A DNA stretch of 64,000 nucleotides, taken from assembly GCA_002753335.1 (NCBI GenBank), contig PEAD01000014.1, positions 1-64,000 of the forward strand, in the 5' to 3' direction. This document shows positions 1 to 10,168 of this stretch, one piece after another. The first letter of the stretch is position 1, and the number at the start of each line of letters is the position of its first letter. The notes beneath the pieces were generated by a model. That model searched no databases. It was not told the origin of the DNA and worked only from the letters and a program-made list of their open reading frames with translations. Position numbers and translations under genes: made by a program. This DNA comes from Nitrospirae bacterium MYbin3 (GTDB taxonomy: Bacteria > Nitrospirota > Thermodesulfovibrionia > Thermodesulfovibrionales > Dissulfurispiraceae).

Positions 1-1
1 C

Positions 2-3000
2 AGGGGGGGGGTGGCGGCAAATCAAGGTGTGGCAAGGGCTTTCATTGAGGTATTCGGTCTAAGCGATCTTTTTATTCCGCCCGATTTTGCTTTAATGGGA
101 GCTATTGGCGCGGCTATGAAGGATATTGACGACCGCAATTTTAATGAATTCGATTTAAGAAAACTCGAAGCTTTTCTCGATGCCGGTTTTGCTGAAGAAG
201 GGTATAAGGCATTGATTCATGACGGCGATGATTTTTTTGACAGACATTCGTCCGTTCATTATGCATGCTGCGGGAATATGTCCAACAAAAAAGAGAAGTC
301 TGCGATAGAAGCTTATTTGGGTATTGATATAGGCTCTATAAGCACGAATCTTGCGGTTATAGACAATAAGGGCACTCTGCTTGCGAAGCGTTATCTTATG
401 ACCGCAGGCAGGCCGATAGAAGCTGTGATGCAGGGATTTTCGGAGATTTATGAGGAGCTCGGCGACGGCGTCAATATTGCCGGCGTTGGAACGACCGGAT
501 CCGGAAGATACATGATAGCCGATTATGTTGGGGCTGACATAGTAAAAAACGAGATTACGGCACAGGCTACAGCCGCAATTTTCATAGACCCTGAGGTGGA
601 TACGATTTTGGAGATAGGCGGGCAGGACTCGAAATATATTTCGATCAAGGACGGCATAATCGTTGACTTTGAGATGAACAAGGCGTGCGCTGCAGGAACA
701 GGCTCGTTTTTGGAAGAGCAGGCAGAGAAGCTCAGCATTTCGGTTAAAGGCGAGTTTGCTGACGCGGCGTTTGGCGCAGAGAGCCCTTGCAGACTGGGTG
801 AGCGCTGCACAGTGTTTATGGAAAACTCTCTTATGGCGAACCTTCAAAAAGGCGCTCCTAAAGACAATCTGCTTGCAGGACTCGCGTACTCCATTGTTCA
901 GAACTACATAAACAGGGTTGTTTCAGGCAGACCTATAGGCAAACGAATATTTTTTCAGGGCGGTGTGGCTTTCAACAAGGCTGTTGTAGCGGCGTTCGAG
1001 AGGTATCTTGATAGAAAAGTTACGGTGCCGGCTAACCATGATGTTACCGGTGCAATCGGAATGGCGCTTATTGCTATGAAGCATAAGCAGTCGAATAAAG
1101 GCGCAACAAAGTTCAAGGGATTCGGGCTTTCCGAACGCAAGTATGAGATAAACTCTTTTGAGTGCAAAGGCTGTCCGAATGTCTGCGAGATAAACAGGGT
1201 AAAAGTTCAGGATGATGACGGACATCTTTTTTACGGAGGCCGCTGTGAAAAATATGATGTAAGAAAGGCCTCAAAAAGCGGACTGCCCGATCTTTTTGCG
1301 TTCAGGGACGAAGAACTCTGGAAATCGCATGAGGCTTATGTTTCGAATAAGCGCAACGGCAAGCCTCCGCGTGCGAAGGTTGGGGTTCCTTACATTTTTT
1401 ATCTTCACGATTATCTTCCGTTCTGGACATCTGTTTTGTGGGAGCTTGGGTTTGAGGTTGAGGTGTCTCCCAAGACCAACAAGCAGACGGTGAATCTTGG
1501 GGTAGAGAATGTCCTGTCTGAGGCCTGTTTCCCGGTAAAAGTGGCTCATGGACATATAAAGTATCTGGTGGACATCGGAGTGGATGCGGTTTTTGTGCCG
1601 AGCTTTGTATGTTTAAACAGCAACGGGGCTGAGTACAAGAGAGGGCTTGCCTGCCCGCATATCCAGTCTATACCTTATGTTTCCAAGGCTGCGATAAAAG
1701 GTGTGAACATGATTTCGCCTGTTATAGACAGCGGCCGCGGAGCCGGTTTTGTGGGTGATGCTATTTATAATTCTCTGAAGTGCTATGGCGTAAGCCGCAA
1801 GGGTGTATCTAACGCAATGGACAAAGCTTTTATGGCTCAGAAAGGTTTTGTGAGAAGCATAAAAAACAAAGGCGCTGAGATTATTGCTGCTTGTTCAGCT
1901 GATATTCCTATTCTGGCGATTGTTGGTCGGGCATACAATTCGTTTGATTCTGGAGTAAATCTCGATATCCCCAAAAAACTGGCGCAGATAAATGTGCTTT
2001 CGATTCCTATGGATTTTCTTCCTATAGAGGAGGAACAGGTTTCGGAACAGTGGCCCGGCATGTACTGGCGTTCGGGCCAGAGAATTCTAAAGGCGGCGCG
2101 GTTTGTCAGGAAAACGCCCGGAATGTATGCTTTATGCGTTTCGAATTTTTCGTGCGGTCCCGATTCGTTCATATTTAAATATTTTGATGAGGAGATGGAG
2201 GGGAAACCGTTCCTGCATATAGAGATTGACGAACACAGCGCCGACGCCGGTGTTATTACCCGTTGCGAGGCTTTTTTGGACAGCATAGGCCAGCAGATTG
2301 CCTGCGGTAAAGTGGAAGGTTCTGAGAAAAAAAATATTGTTGCTGCAACCGAAGTTTTCAGCAAGTCGGATATAAGCAGGCGAACAGTTTTTATCCCTTC
2401 AATGTCGGACCATGCGTTTGCGATAAAGGCGGCCTTTGAATACTGCGGCGCCCGCGCAGAGGTCCTGCCGGAATCGGACAGGTCATCCGTTGATATAGGC
2501 AGAAGGCATGTTTCGGGCAAGGAGTGTTATCCATATACTGTTACGGCCGGAGATATGCTTAAAAAGGCGCTGTCCCCTGATTTTATTCCGGCGAGTTCCG
2601 CTTTTTTTATGCCTTCAGGAACAGGACCTTGCAGGTTCGGCCAGTACAATGTTGCGCACAGCATGATACTGAAAAAGATAGGCATGGACAATGTGCCTAT
2701 CTTTTCACCCAATCAGGATATACAGTTTTATAAAGAACTCGGGGTTGTGGGCGGCGATTTCACAAAAAGGACCTGGACCGGTGTTGTTGCTTACGATCTT
2801 CTTTCTAAGTGTCTGCATGAAACGAGGCCTTACGAGAAGCATCAGGGTGACGCTGAAAGTTTGTACGCCAGGTATCACGAAAAAATTCAGGGTGGGATTG
2901 CGGGCAGGAACGGTGACATTGATGGTGTATTGAAGTCTATGGCACAGGATTTCAGAGCGGTATCGCGAAGGGTTGAAAAAAGGCCGTTGATAGGTGTTGT

Positions 3001-3559
3001 TGGAGAGATTTTTGTAAGGTCACACAGATTTTCTAATGAAGGACTGGTAAGGAATATCGAGGCTTTGGGCGGAGAGGTTTGGCTTGCGCCTGTCGAAGAG
3101 TGGCTTTATTATGTCAATGCTATGGCGATGCGAAAAGCCTTGATAAAAAGAGACGGGTCTGCTATGATGAATATCTTTGCAAAAACGGTCTTTCAAAAGA
3201 GGATAGAGCATAGGATTGGGAGGCATTTTAAGGGATTTCTCAAGACCCTTGAAGAGCCTTCAACCAGGATGCTTTTAAAGAAGGCGCTGCCGTATGTGCA
3301 TCATTCTTTCGAAGGAGAAACCGTTTTGAGCATAGGCAAGGCGGTTAATCTCATAGAAAAGGGCGCTTCAGGGATTATAGTCGCTATGCCTTTTGGATGT
3401 ATGCCAGGCACTATTGTAAGTGCGCTTATGAAGACGGTGGCCAAAGATTTCGGCATACCCTGCATCAGCATCCCCTACGATGGAACAGAGTCGCCGGCAA
3501 CCGCGCTGCAGTTGGAAGCCTTTATGGAAGCGGCGTGTAACAGCAGCAAAAGAGTGTAA
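2..3559 (+). CDS. Acyl-CoA dehydratase activase-related multidomain protein (BadF/BadG/BcrA/BcrD ATPase + DUF2229-like), 5'-truncated by window
   Basis: GIDIGSISTN, EIGGQDSK, MNKACAAGTGSFLEEQA and FQGGVAFN motifs; CKGCPNVC; NFSCGPD; MPFGCMPG. The frame is open to the window edge. Confidence 0.85.
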   Translation, partial: RGGVAANQGVARAFIEVFGLSDLFIPPDFALMGAIGAAMKDIDDRNFNEFDLRKLEAFLDAGFAEEGYKALIHDGDDFFDRHSSVHYACCGNMSNKKEKSAIEAYLGIDIGSISTNLAVIDNKGTLLAKRYLMTAGRPIEAVMQGFSEIYEELGDGVNIAGVGTTGSGRYMIADYVGADIVKNEITAQATAAIFIDPEVDTILEIGGQDSKYISIKDGIIVDFEMNKACAAGTGSFLEEQAEKLSISVKGEFADAAFGAESPCRLGERCTVFMENSLMANLQKGAPKDNLLAGLAYSIVQNYINRVVSGRPIGKRIFFQGGVAFNKAVVAAFERYLDRKVTVPANHDVTGAIGMALIAMKHKQSNKGATKFKGFGLSERKYEINSFECKGCPNVCEINRVKVQDDDGHLFYGGRCEKYDVRKASKSGLPDLFAFRDEELWKSHEAYVSNKRNGKPPRAKVGVPYIFYLHDYLPFWTSVLWELGFEVEVSPKTNKQTVNLGVENVLSEACFPVKVAHGHIKYLVDIGVDAVFVPSFVCLNSNGAEYKRGLACPHIQSIPYVSKAAIKGVNMISPVIDSGRGAGFVGDAIYNSLKCYGVSRKGVSNAMDKAFMAQKGFVRSIKNKGAEIIAACSADIPILAIVGRAYNSFDSGVNLDIPKKLAQINVLSIPMDFLPIEEEQVSEQWPGMYWRSGQRILKAARFVRKTPGMYALCVSNFSCGPDSFIFKYFDEEMEGKPFLHIEIDEHSADAGVITRCEAFLDSIGQQIACGKVEGSEKKNIVAATEVFSKSDISRRTVFIPSMSDHAFAIKAAFEYCGARAEVLPESDRSSVDIGRRHVSGKECYPYTVTAGDMLKKALSPDFIPASSAFFMPSGTGPCRFGQYNVAHSMILKKIGMDNVPIFSPNQDIQFYKELGVVGGDFTKRTWTGVVAYDLLSKCLHETRPYEKHQGDAESLYARYHEKIQGGIAGRNGDIDGVLKSMAQDFRAVSRRVEKRPLIGVVGEIFVRSHRFSNEGLVRNIEALGGEVWLAPVEEWLYYVNAMAMRKALIKRDGSAMMNIFAKTVFQKRIEHRIGRHFKGFLKTLEEPSTRMLLKKALPYVHHSFEGETVLSIGKAVNLIEKGASGIIVAMPFGCMPGTIVSALMKTVAKDFGIPCISIPYDGTESPATALQLEAFMEAACNSSKRV

Positions 3560-3589
3560 TAGAGCAAAACTGAAAAAGGAGGTTAAACA

Positions 3590-3682
3590 TTGGGAAGCGT
3601 TGTAAAGTGGAGAAAGAAGAAAATGCGCAAGCATAAGCACAAGAAACTTCGCAAACAGACTCGCGCACAGAGAAGGAAATAG
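3590..3682 (+). CDS. 30-aa basic protein, bS22 / AURKAIP1-COX24 (mS38-like) small ribosomal protein
   Basis: Manual translation from TTG: MGSVVKWRKKKMRKHKHKKLRKQTRAQRRK*. AGGAGG RBS at 3577-3582. Matches the MGSVxKxRxKxMxKxKHxKLxKxTRxQRR family pattern. Confidence 0.88.
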   Translation: MGSVVKWRKKKMRKHKHKKLRKQTRAQRRK

Positions 3683-3700
3683 CGCGCGTGATTAGCCGGT

Positions 3701-4483
3701 TCAAGACCCGTCAAACCTTGTAATCTTTGCTCCGACAAAGGGCATCTTTTTGATGTAGTCTTGCAGTAAAACTTTTTTTACCGAGCCGCCTACTCCTTTT
3801 CTGCCGCCTGCGTGGATTAGATAGACTTTCTTATGAGAATCGCTCACAGGATCTGTTAGTGCATCGGTTTTTATTATCCCCATATGTCCGACAATCTCGT
3901 CTGTCTTTCTTTTATGCGGAGCTTTTACTAAGAAGATTATATCGCCGTCTTTGAGCCTGTTCAGGCCTTTAAGGATATTTTGCGGCGTTAGCATTGCGAA
4001 TGTTCTTGTGCCTCGTGAGCCTTTTATCTTAACAATTTCTCCTATTTCGGCAGTTATGTCTTTGCCCCATTTGCCGCTAGATATCATATCTTCTCCATAT
4101 TCGAAGCGGTCTTCATAATTCACAACTCTTGTCTTGTCCAGAATTCCCCGCGAGTGAAATCTCTTGTCGAGAGCTATCTGTATTGCGTCTTCCGGTGTAG
4201 CTCCGAGCGCAAGTTCTACGGCCCGGAATGTCAGGTACATACAGTCAACACGTTCGTCCGCAACAATAACAGCTTTTGAAACATATTCACCCAATGGGTC
4301 AGGATCATACGGAGTGCCGAGAAATTTTTCTGCCCACATGGCTATGCGTTCACCAAGCGGTTTGTCAGAGAAATCTTTTTGAAGCTTGGCAGCATCATTC
4401 GTGTTGAAAGCTTTAGCGCTGTTATCGGCAGGGAGAAACAACAGAAATAGAATCGTGAAGAAGGCAAAGCCGCACAGTTTCAT
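3701..4483 (-). CDS. Secreted DUF1460 / NlpC-P60-like amidase
   Basis: Signal peptide; FLGTPY, RVDCMY (catalytic Cys), GDII, GHMGII and LIHA motifs. Confidence 0.7.
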   Translation of the reverse strand: MKLCGFAFFTILFLLFLPADNSAKAFNTNDAAKLQKDFSDKPLGERIAMWAEKFLGTPYDPDPLGEYVSKAVIVADERVDCMYLTFRAVELALGATPEDAIQIALDKRFHSRGILDKTRVVNYEDRFEYGEDMISSGKWGKDITAEIGEIVKIKGSRGTRTFAMLTPQNILKGLNRLKDGDIIFLVKAPHKRKTDEIVGHMGIIKTDALTDPVSDSHKKVYLIHAGGRKGVGGSVKKVLLQDYIKKMPFVGAKITRFDGS

Positions 4484-4493
4484 AGGTGTAAAA

Positions 4494-5642
4494 TCAATCT
4501 TTGTAGTTGTTGAAGATGTCGTCGAGTTTTGGCGCTACGTCTAGAAAAGCGTTGAGAACGTCAGGATCAAAATGTTCCGGAAGCGTCCTGCCGTCGCCCT
4601 CTGTAATAATTTTAAAGACTTTTTCGTGACTGAACTCAGGTTTGTAGGGCCTCTTGCTCCTCAGCGCATCGTACTGGTCCACGAGCATCACTATTCTGGC
4701 CTCGATCGGAATGTCCGCGCCTTTTAGTTTTCTAGGATATCCGCCGCCGTCCCAGCGCTCATGATGAGATACCGCAATAAGCGCGGCCATCTGAATATCT
4801 TCGTATTCTGAGTCTGTAAGTATTTTGCCGCCTATAGTCGTGTGCTCTTTCATCAGCTCAAATTCTTCATTAGTCAGCCCTGAGGGTTTCAGAAGTATGC
4901 TGTCCGGAATTCCTATTTTCCCGATGTCATGCATTGTGCTTGCGAACTTTATGCTTTCACAAAAATCTCTCTGCTTCCCTAATGCCTCTGCAATTATCTC
5001 GGAATACATGCCTATGCGTGATATGTGAACGCCTGTGTCGGTGTCTCTGTATTCAGCGACTATGGTAAGTCTTTGTATCAGTTCTTTGCTCATATTGCCG
5101 AGTTTTAAAAGCGCACGTGACAACTCTCGCGTTTTTTTATTCACCTCGTCTTCGAGCATCTTTTTGTAGCGCTTTTCCATTTTCCTGAAGCGCTTGAAAT
5201 CAAGGGCCCGCTTAACTGAATAGGCGAGGTATTCGAACTGGTATGGTTTAGTGATGAAGTCGAAGGCGCCCTGTTTTACAGCGTTTATCGCCATATCAAG
5301 TTCGGCGAAGCCGGTCATAAGTATTACAGGTATTTCGGGATCGAACTCCCGTATTTTGCTAAGCAGCTCCACTCCTGATAGTTCGGGCATCTTGATGTCA
5401 GACAGCACCATGTCGAACTCTGTATTCTTGAGCATTTCCAGAGCGGTGATGGGGTGGTCACAGGTATAAACCGAATAGCCGTATTCTTTAAGAAGAGCTG
5501 CGCTTACGATGAGGACATTGCGGTCGTCATCCACCACCAGTATTTTTTGAGGCTCGTCCGGATCGGTCTTAATCGAATCTGGCCGAATAGCTTCCCCTTT
5601 ACCCATAGGTTGAATTATAGATGTTTTCATGAAAAATTTCAC
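4494..5642 (-). CDS. RpfG-type response regulator (REC + HD-GYP phosphodiesterase)
   Basis: VDDD/DIKMP/KP receiver; [29 protein letters not shown] and RPYK. Start codon uncertain. Confidence 0.9.
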   Translation of the reverse strand: MKFFMKTSIIQPMGKGEAIRPDSIKTDPDEPQKILVVDDDRNVLIVSAALLKEYGYSVYTCDHPITALEMLKNTEFDMVLSDIKMPELSGVELLSKIREFDPEIPVILMTGFAELDMAINAVKQGAFDFITKPYQFEYLAYSVKRALDFKRFRKMEKRYKKMLEDEVNKKTRELSRALLKLGNMSKELIQRLTIVAEYRDTDTGVHISRIGMYSEIIAEALGKQRDFCESIKFASTMHDIGKIGIPDSILLKPSGLTNEEFELMKEHTTIGGKILTDSEYEDIQMAALIAVSHHERWDGGGYPRKLKGADIPIEARIVMLVDQYDALRSKRPYKPEFSHEKVFKIITEGDGRTLPEHFDPDVLNAFLDVAPKLDDIFNNYKD

Positions 5643-5695
5643 TTTGCTTTATTGTCGCGGTGACATTTTTTGATGTTTTTTTGATAATATTCCCT

Positions 5696-6583
5696 ATGAC
5701 AAAAAACTTTAAAAGCGGTATGGTTGGGTTGTCCGGCAGGCCTAATGTTGGCAAATCTACGCTGCTCAACGCGATAATAGGCGAGAAGATATCTATTGTC
5801 AGCCCCAAACCACAGACCACCCGCAACAGGATACTTGGCATAAAAAATCTTCCGGACTCACAGATAATCTTTGTTGATACACCCGGAATACACAAGCCGC
5901 AGCACAAGCTTGGCGAGTTGATCGTGACAAAGGCCTGCGAGGCTGTAAAGGAAGTGGATCTTATAATTTTTATGGCCGAACCCGAAGAGCCGGGCATGGG
6001 CGATAAATTTATTTTGGATATGCTGAAGGATTTGAACAAAGAGGTGTTTCTTATAATCAACAAAATTGATACGATAAAAAAGCCTGAGCTTTTACCGGTC
6101 ATTGAGGCATACAAAGAGATATATTCTTTTTCCGAAATAATTCCGGTTTCGGCAAAGACCGGTGACGGCATCGATATTCTTATGAAGGGGATTGCAGAAC
6201 GCCTGCCGGATGGACCTAAATACTATCCTGAAGATATAGTCACCGATCAGGTAGAGCGTTTTATGGTCGCCGAAATCATAAGGGAGAAGGTTATGCAAAA
6301 GACGGGAGATGAAGTCCCGTATTCTGTGGCTGTTGAAGTTATAACGTGGAAAGAGAAGAAAGACGGTGTTATTCTTATAGATGCGAATATTTATGTTGAA
6401 AGAGACGGCCAAAAGGGTATTATAATAGGGAAAAAAGGCAGCAAGCTTAAAGAAATAGGAACTGCGGCTAGGTTTGAGGCCGAGAGGCTGCTCGGATGCA
6501 AACTGTTTCTTAAACTGTGGGTAAAGGTGAAGAAAGATTGGAGAGGCGACGAAAAGGTGCTGAAGGACTTAGGGTATAACTGA
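5696..6583 (+). CDS. era: GTPase Era
   Basis: GRPNVGKSTL, PQTTR, DTPG, NKID and KH-domain IIIGKKG. ATG 5696 preferred as start. Confidence 0.97.
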   Translation: MTKNFKSGMVGLSGRPNVGKSTLLNAIIGEKISIVSPKPQTTRNRILGIKNLPDSQIIFVDTPGIHKPQHKLGELIVTKACEAVKEVDLIIFMAEPEEPGMGDKFILDMLKDLNKEVFLIINKIDTIKKPELLPVIEAYKEIYSFSEIIPVSAKTGDGIDILMKGIAERLPDGPKYYPEDIVTDQVERFMVAEIIREKVMQKTGDEVPYSVAVEVITWKEKKDGVILIDANIYVERDGQKGIIIGKKGSKLKEIGTAARFEAERLLGCKLFLKLWVKVKKDWRGDEKVLKDLGYN

Positions 6584-7035
6584 TGCAGATACTTATGAAG
6601 GTTGAAGGGCTTCTCTTTGATCCGCGCAGCGGGATGTATATACTTCTTCTTCAGCAGGTTGAGGGCAGCGAAACTCTGCCCATATGGATCGGCAAGCCCG
6701 AAGCGGATGCCATAGCGCTTGCAATCGGGAAGGTGGCAACTCCAAGGCCGCTTACCCATGACCTTGTTAAAAGCGTGTTTGAAGGCCTGAGTGCAAAAAT
6801 AACGCGTGTTGTTATAACCGAAATTGTTGACAACACCTATTATGCCTTGATATATGCCTTTGACGGCAAGAAGGAGGTTTCGATAGATTCGCGGCCTTCG
6901 GATGCTATAGCGGTTGCTCTGAGAGCACAGGCTCCTATCTATGTTGAAGATGAAATAGTAGGTGTCAGGCGGGGAGATGAACTCGAAGACTGGCTTAAGA
7001 ATCTTAGGCCGGAAGATTTCGGGAATATAATGTGA
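6583..7035 (+). CDS. Bifunctional nuclease family protein (DUF151)
   Basis: LPIWIG..EA.AIA, RPLTHDL and DSRPSDAIAVALR motifs. Confidence 0.92.
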   Translation: MQILMKVEGLLFDPRSGMYILLLQQVEGSETLPIWIGKPEADAIALAIGKVATPRPLTHDLVKSVFEGLSAKITRVVITEIVDNTYYALIYAFDGKKEVSIDSRPSDAIAVALRAQAPIYVEDEIVGVRRGDELEDWLKNLRPEDFGNIM

Positions 7036-7059
7036 ACGTCTTTCGCCGCTCCGGTCGCT

Positions 7060-7812
7060 ATGCTTAACCGAACAGAGGGCATTGTACTGAAAAGCTCCAT
7101 ATTTGGAGAGGCAGATCTCATAGTCACCTATCTCACGAAGGATTTCGGTCTTCTCAGAGTTTTTGTCAAAAGTCCGCGCAAGACTAAAAGCAGATTTGGC
7201 AGCAGCATTGAGCCTCTCACATACGCCAAGATATCATTTTTAGGCAAAGAACAGGCCAATCTCCCAAGGCTTACCCAATCCGATATAATAAAACCTTTTC
7301 ATAAGCTCAGAGAGGATTACTCCGGTATGCTGAACATTATGGAGCTGCTCGAAATGAATCTGCATTTTCTTATCGACAGGGAGCCGCATCCATCGATATT
7401 CAGGCTTTTGCTTACCGCGCTTTCAAAATTGGAATCTGACATAAACAACGGGCTCTATTATCTTTATTACAAGATAAAGTTTCTCGAAATTTCGGGATAT
7501 TCTCCACGGCTTGAAATCTGCGGCAGATGCGGCGGTCTGACCGAAGGCAGGCGGCATCATAATTTTTATGTTTCACACGGCTCGATAATATGCCACGAAT
7601 GCATAGGCGGTGATGACAGGGCGGTGAAGGTTACCGAGAGTGCTTTGAAATTTTACAAGAGCATCTTTAACTGGAAGTATTCAACGATAGATCGGATAAA
7701 GGCTCCGGCACATATGCTGGCAGAAATTCAGAACGTGATAAATTCTCATATCTCGTTTATCAGTTCGGGATCAAAATCTTTTGACAAGAGGCTTTTTCTC
7801 TCGTCCCGTTAA
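7060..7812 (+). CDS. recO: DNA repair protein RecO
   Basis: EGIVLK..GEAD.I N-terminal OB fold; CGRC...CHEC zinc finger; downstream of era. Confidence 0.92.
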   Translation: MLNRTEGIVLKSSIFGEADLIVTYLTKDFGLLRVFVKSPRKTKSRFGSSIEPLTYAKISFLGKEQANLPRLTQSDIIKPFHKLREDYSGMLNIMELLEMNLHFLIDREPHPSIFRLLLTALSKLESDINNGLYYLYYKIKFLEISGYSPRLEICGRCGGLTEGRRHHNFYVSHGSIICHECIGGDDRAVKVTESALKFYKSIFNWKYSTIDRIKAPAHMLAEIQNVINSHISFISSGSKSFDKRLFLSSR

Positions 7813-7815
7813 AGG

Positions 7816-8565
7816 CTATCCGGTATATTTTATTTCTGGTGAGGCTTCGGGATTGAAGGGGTTTGTTCTGACCGCAAATGAATAAAGGAAAGGGTAGTCC
7901 TCTTTCATATGCCGCATGTACGCCAGCCACTCCGTTATAATTGCTGCGTAAGCCCTTTTTATATCGACCGAAAGATGGTCGAGGTCATGTTTGGGAAGTG
8001 CTTTGATGTCAGTCCTTGCTAGCAACTCTTCCGTTAAATGAGATACCGCAAGCAAAAGATCGGTAAAGGCTTCATGTTCCAGCAGGTTGGGGTTTTCCAT
8101 AAGAGTAAGGAGAAAAGGTCTTTTTTCTGACAGAAATAGCTTAAGGCCTTCAAGGTGCCCCTTTTTAGAATCAACACCATAGGCAAAACTCTTCACCAGT
8201 TTTGTTGCGTTATCAAAATCCTGACGAGACCACTTGTCTGTGATAATAAGATGTGTTCTGAGTTCATCAAGTTTGTTGTCAAATTCAAAAAGTTTATGTA
8301 TAAGACCGTTGCCGAGTTCGCTGAAGAAAACGCCTATCACCATATTGAGCTTTTTTATCATCGAAAGTTTTTCCCGCCGAGTGAGCAGTTCGTTGATTAT
8401 GAAAGTTACTATAAGGACCTGTATTGGCAGGAACGCGATGTCTTGCATAAGATAAAAAAATGTGTCTTCAGGCTTTCGGAAAATCAGGATCTGCGCCGAA
8501 TAAGACAGCACCGAAAACAATACTAGAGAAAGCACTAATACTAAGTACCAAGTTCTATGGTTCAT
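7816..8565 (-). CDS. Hypothetical membrane protein (2 N-terminal TM helices)
   Basis: Hydrophobic N-terminus (AFLPIQVLIVT); soluble C-terminus (ENPNLLEHE, RTNPF); 249 aa. Confidence 0.7.
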   Translation of the reverse strand: MNHRTWYLVLVLSLVLFSVLSYSAQILIFRKPEDTFFYLMQDIAFLPIQVLIVTFIINELLTRREKLSMIKKLNMVIGVFFSELGNGLIHKLFEFDNKLDELRTHLIITDKWSRQDFDNATKLVKSFAYGVDSKKGHLEGLKLFLSEKRPFLLTLMENPNLLEHEAFTDLLLAVSHLTEELLARTDIKALPKHDLDHLSVDIKRAYAAIITEWLAYMRHMKEDYPFLYSFAVRTNPFNPEASPEIKYTG

Positions 8566-8659
8566 GGCGTCTAATATAACACGGCCGGCAGAAATGGAGA
8601 AAGAGCTTTTTAGACAAATCGTAATTTTCAGAAATAGCCATTATATGCTATATTTCTTA

Positions 8660-10168
8660 ATGCGAAAATTGCTGTATATTCTGTCCGCCTTGTTAGTTCT
8701 TTCGTGCTTGAGCGTTTATGCTGCATCCGAATCAAAGCCTGCTGCGTCAGGCCCATCCACAGACAGAGGGTACGATGTAATTCTGCTGATGGACAGTTCG
8801 GGCAGCATGAAAAAGACGGACCCGCACGATTACAGAAAGACCGCTGCAAAACTCTTCATTTCTCTTTTAGGCAAGGATGAGCGTATAGGCGTTATCTCAT
8901 TCGGCGATGTAGCAAAGACACTTATACCGCTTACTGCCAACACTTCCCAAAACCAGAACTCTCTTTTCAAGGCGGTCGAGAAGATTTCTTCAAAAGAGTT
9001 TTCAACCCAGATGCATGATGCTGTAAAGCTAGGCTTTGAGGATCTGAAAAGTTCTACAAGAAAGAACAGGATTCTTGTGCTTATGTCTGACGGCAAATTG
9101 ACGACCGGCTCTGATGAGAAGGACAAAGCTGCTTTAGCTGAGCTTTCAAAGATGCTTCCTGAACTTGCGAAGGCGAATATCCGGCTTTATTCGATAGCCT
9201 TTACCGAACTTTCGGACGTCAAGCTTCTTGAGGAGGTTGCAAAGGCCACAGGCGGATTTTTCAGATATGCCAAAGAAGACAAGGACGTGCATGTAACATT
9301 TACGGATATGTTCGAGAAGATGAAGTCTCCGGACTCTGTGCCTTTGGAGGGTGAAGAGTTTTCGATAGACAAAGATATTACAGAGGCCACGCTGGTTATC
9401 ACTAAAAAGAGCGGAACGAAAACCACGCTTTTAGACCCTGCAAAAAAGAGTTACTCCCCGGCAAATAGAGGAAGCAATATCAAGTGGTTCGAATCTCAGG
9501 TATTTGACATGATTACAATACAGAATCCGGCACAGGGCAGATGGAAGGTCAAGCTCAGTACGACCGAGGGCAACCGTATTTTCATACTTACCAACCTCAG
9601 CCTTAAGAGTTCTATGAACAAGGATTTCTTGGATAAAGGTGAAAAGCTTGTGGTGGATGCCAGACTTGAAAAAGACGGCGTATTGCTTAAAGGCAGCGAG
9701 ATATTGGGTCAGGTCTCTTTTTATGCCGACATAATAACTTCTGACGGCAAAACTGCTAAGGTCGAACTTGCGGACAATGGGCAAACAGGCGATTCGCAGG
9801 CGGGAGACGGTATATATTCTATCGGATTTTCTTTTAGCAATGTCGGTGATTATGTTGTAAAGATAGTGTCCGAAGGCAAGACTTTTAAGAGAGAAAAGAG
9901 CTACAGGCTAAAGGTTAACGAACCTTCTCATAAAGATCAGACTAAGGATAATGCCACTCACGGAGATGCTGCTCATGACAACGCGTCGAAGCATGACACA
10001 AAGCATGATTCAAAAAAAGAGCATGACAGGTCATGGAAGCCTGTACTGATTAAATTTGGGATAATAAACGCTGTATTAGCTGCAATCTTTGGGGTTGCGT
10101 TTGGTGTCATGACAATTCTTTCGAAGAAAAAGCTGGCCCGAAAAAAGAAACAGGAAGTGGCTAAATGA
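8660..10168 (+). CDS. Exported vWA-domain protein with C-terminal membrane anchor
   Basis: Signal peptide from ATG 8660; MIDAS DSSGS and MSDG; LADNG..GD..AGDGIYS motif; His/Asp-rich linker; TM helix followed by a Lys-rich tail. Confidence 0.82.
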   Translation: MRKLLYILSALLVLSCLSVYAASESKPAASGPSTDRGYDVILLMDSSGSMKKTDPHDYRKTAAKLFISLLGKDERIGVISFGDVAKTLIPLTANTSQNQNSLFKAVEKISSKEFSTQMHDAVKLGFEDLKSSTRKNRILVLMSDGKLTTGSDEKDKAALAELSKMLPELAKANIRLYSIAFTELSDVKLLEEVAKATGGFFRYAKEDKDVHVTFTDMFEKMKSPDSVPLEGEEFSIDKDITEATLVITKKSGTKTTLLDPAKKSYSPANRGSNIKWFESQVFDMITIQNPAQGRWKVKLSTTEGNRIFILTNLSLKSSMNKDFLDKGEKLVVDARLEKDGVLLKGSEILGQVSFYADIITSDGKTAKVELADNGQTGDSQAGDGIYSIGFSFSNVGDYVVKIVSEGKTFKREKSYRLKVNEPSHKDQTKDNATHGDAAHDNASKHDTKHDSKKEHDRSWKPVLIKFGIINAVLAAIFGVAFGVMTILSKKKLARKKKQEVAK

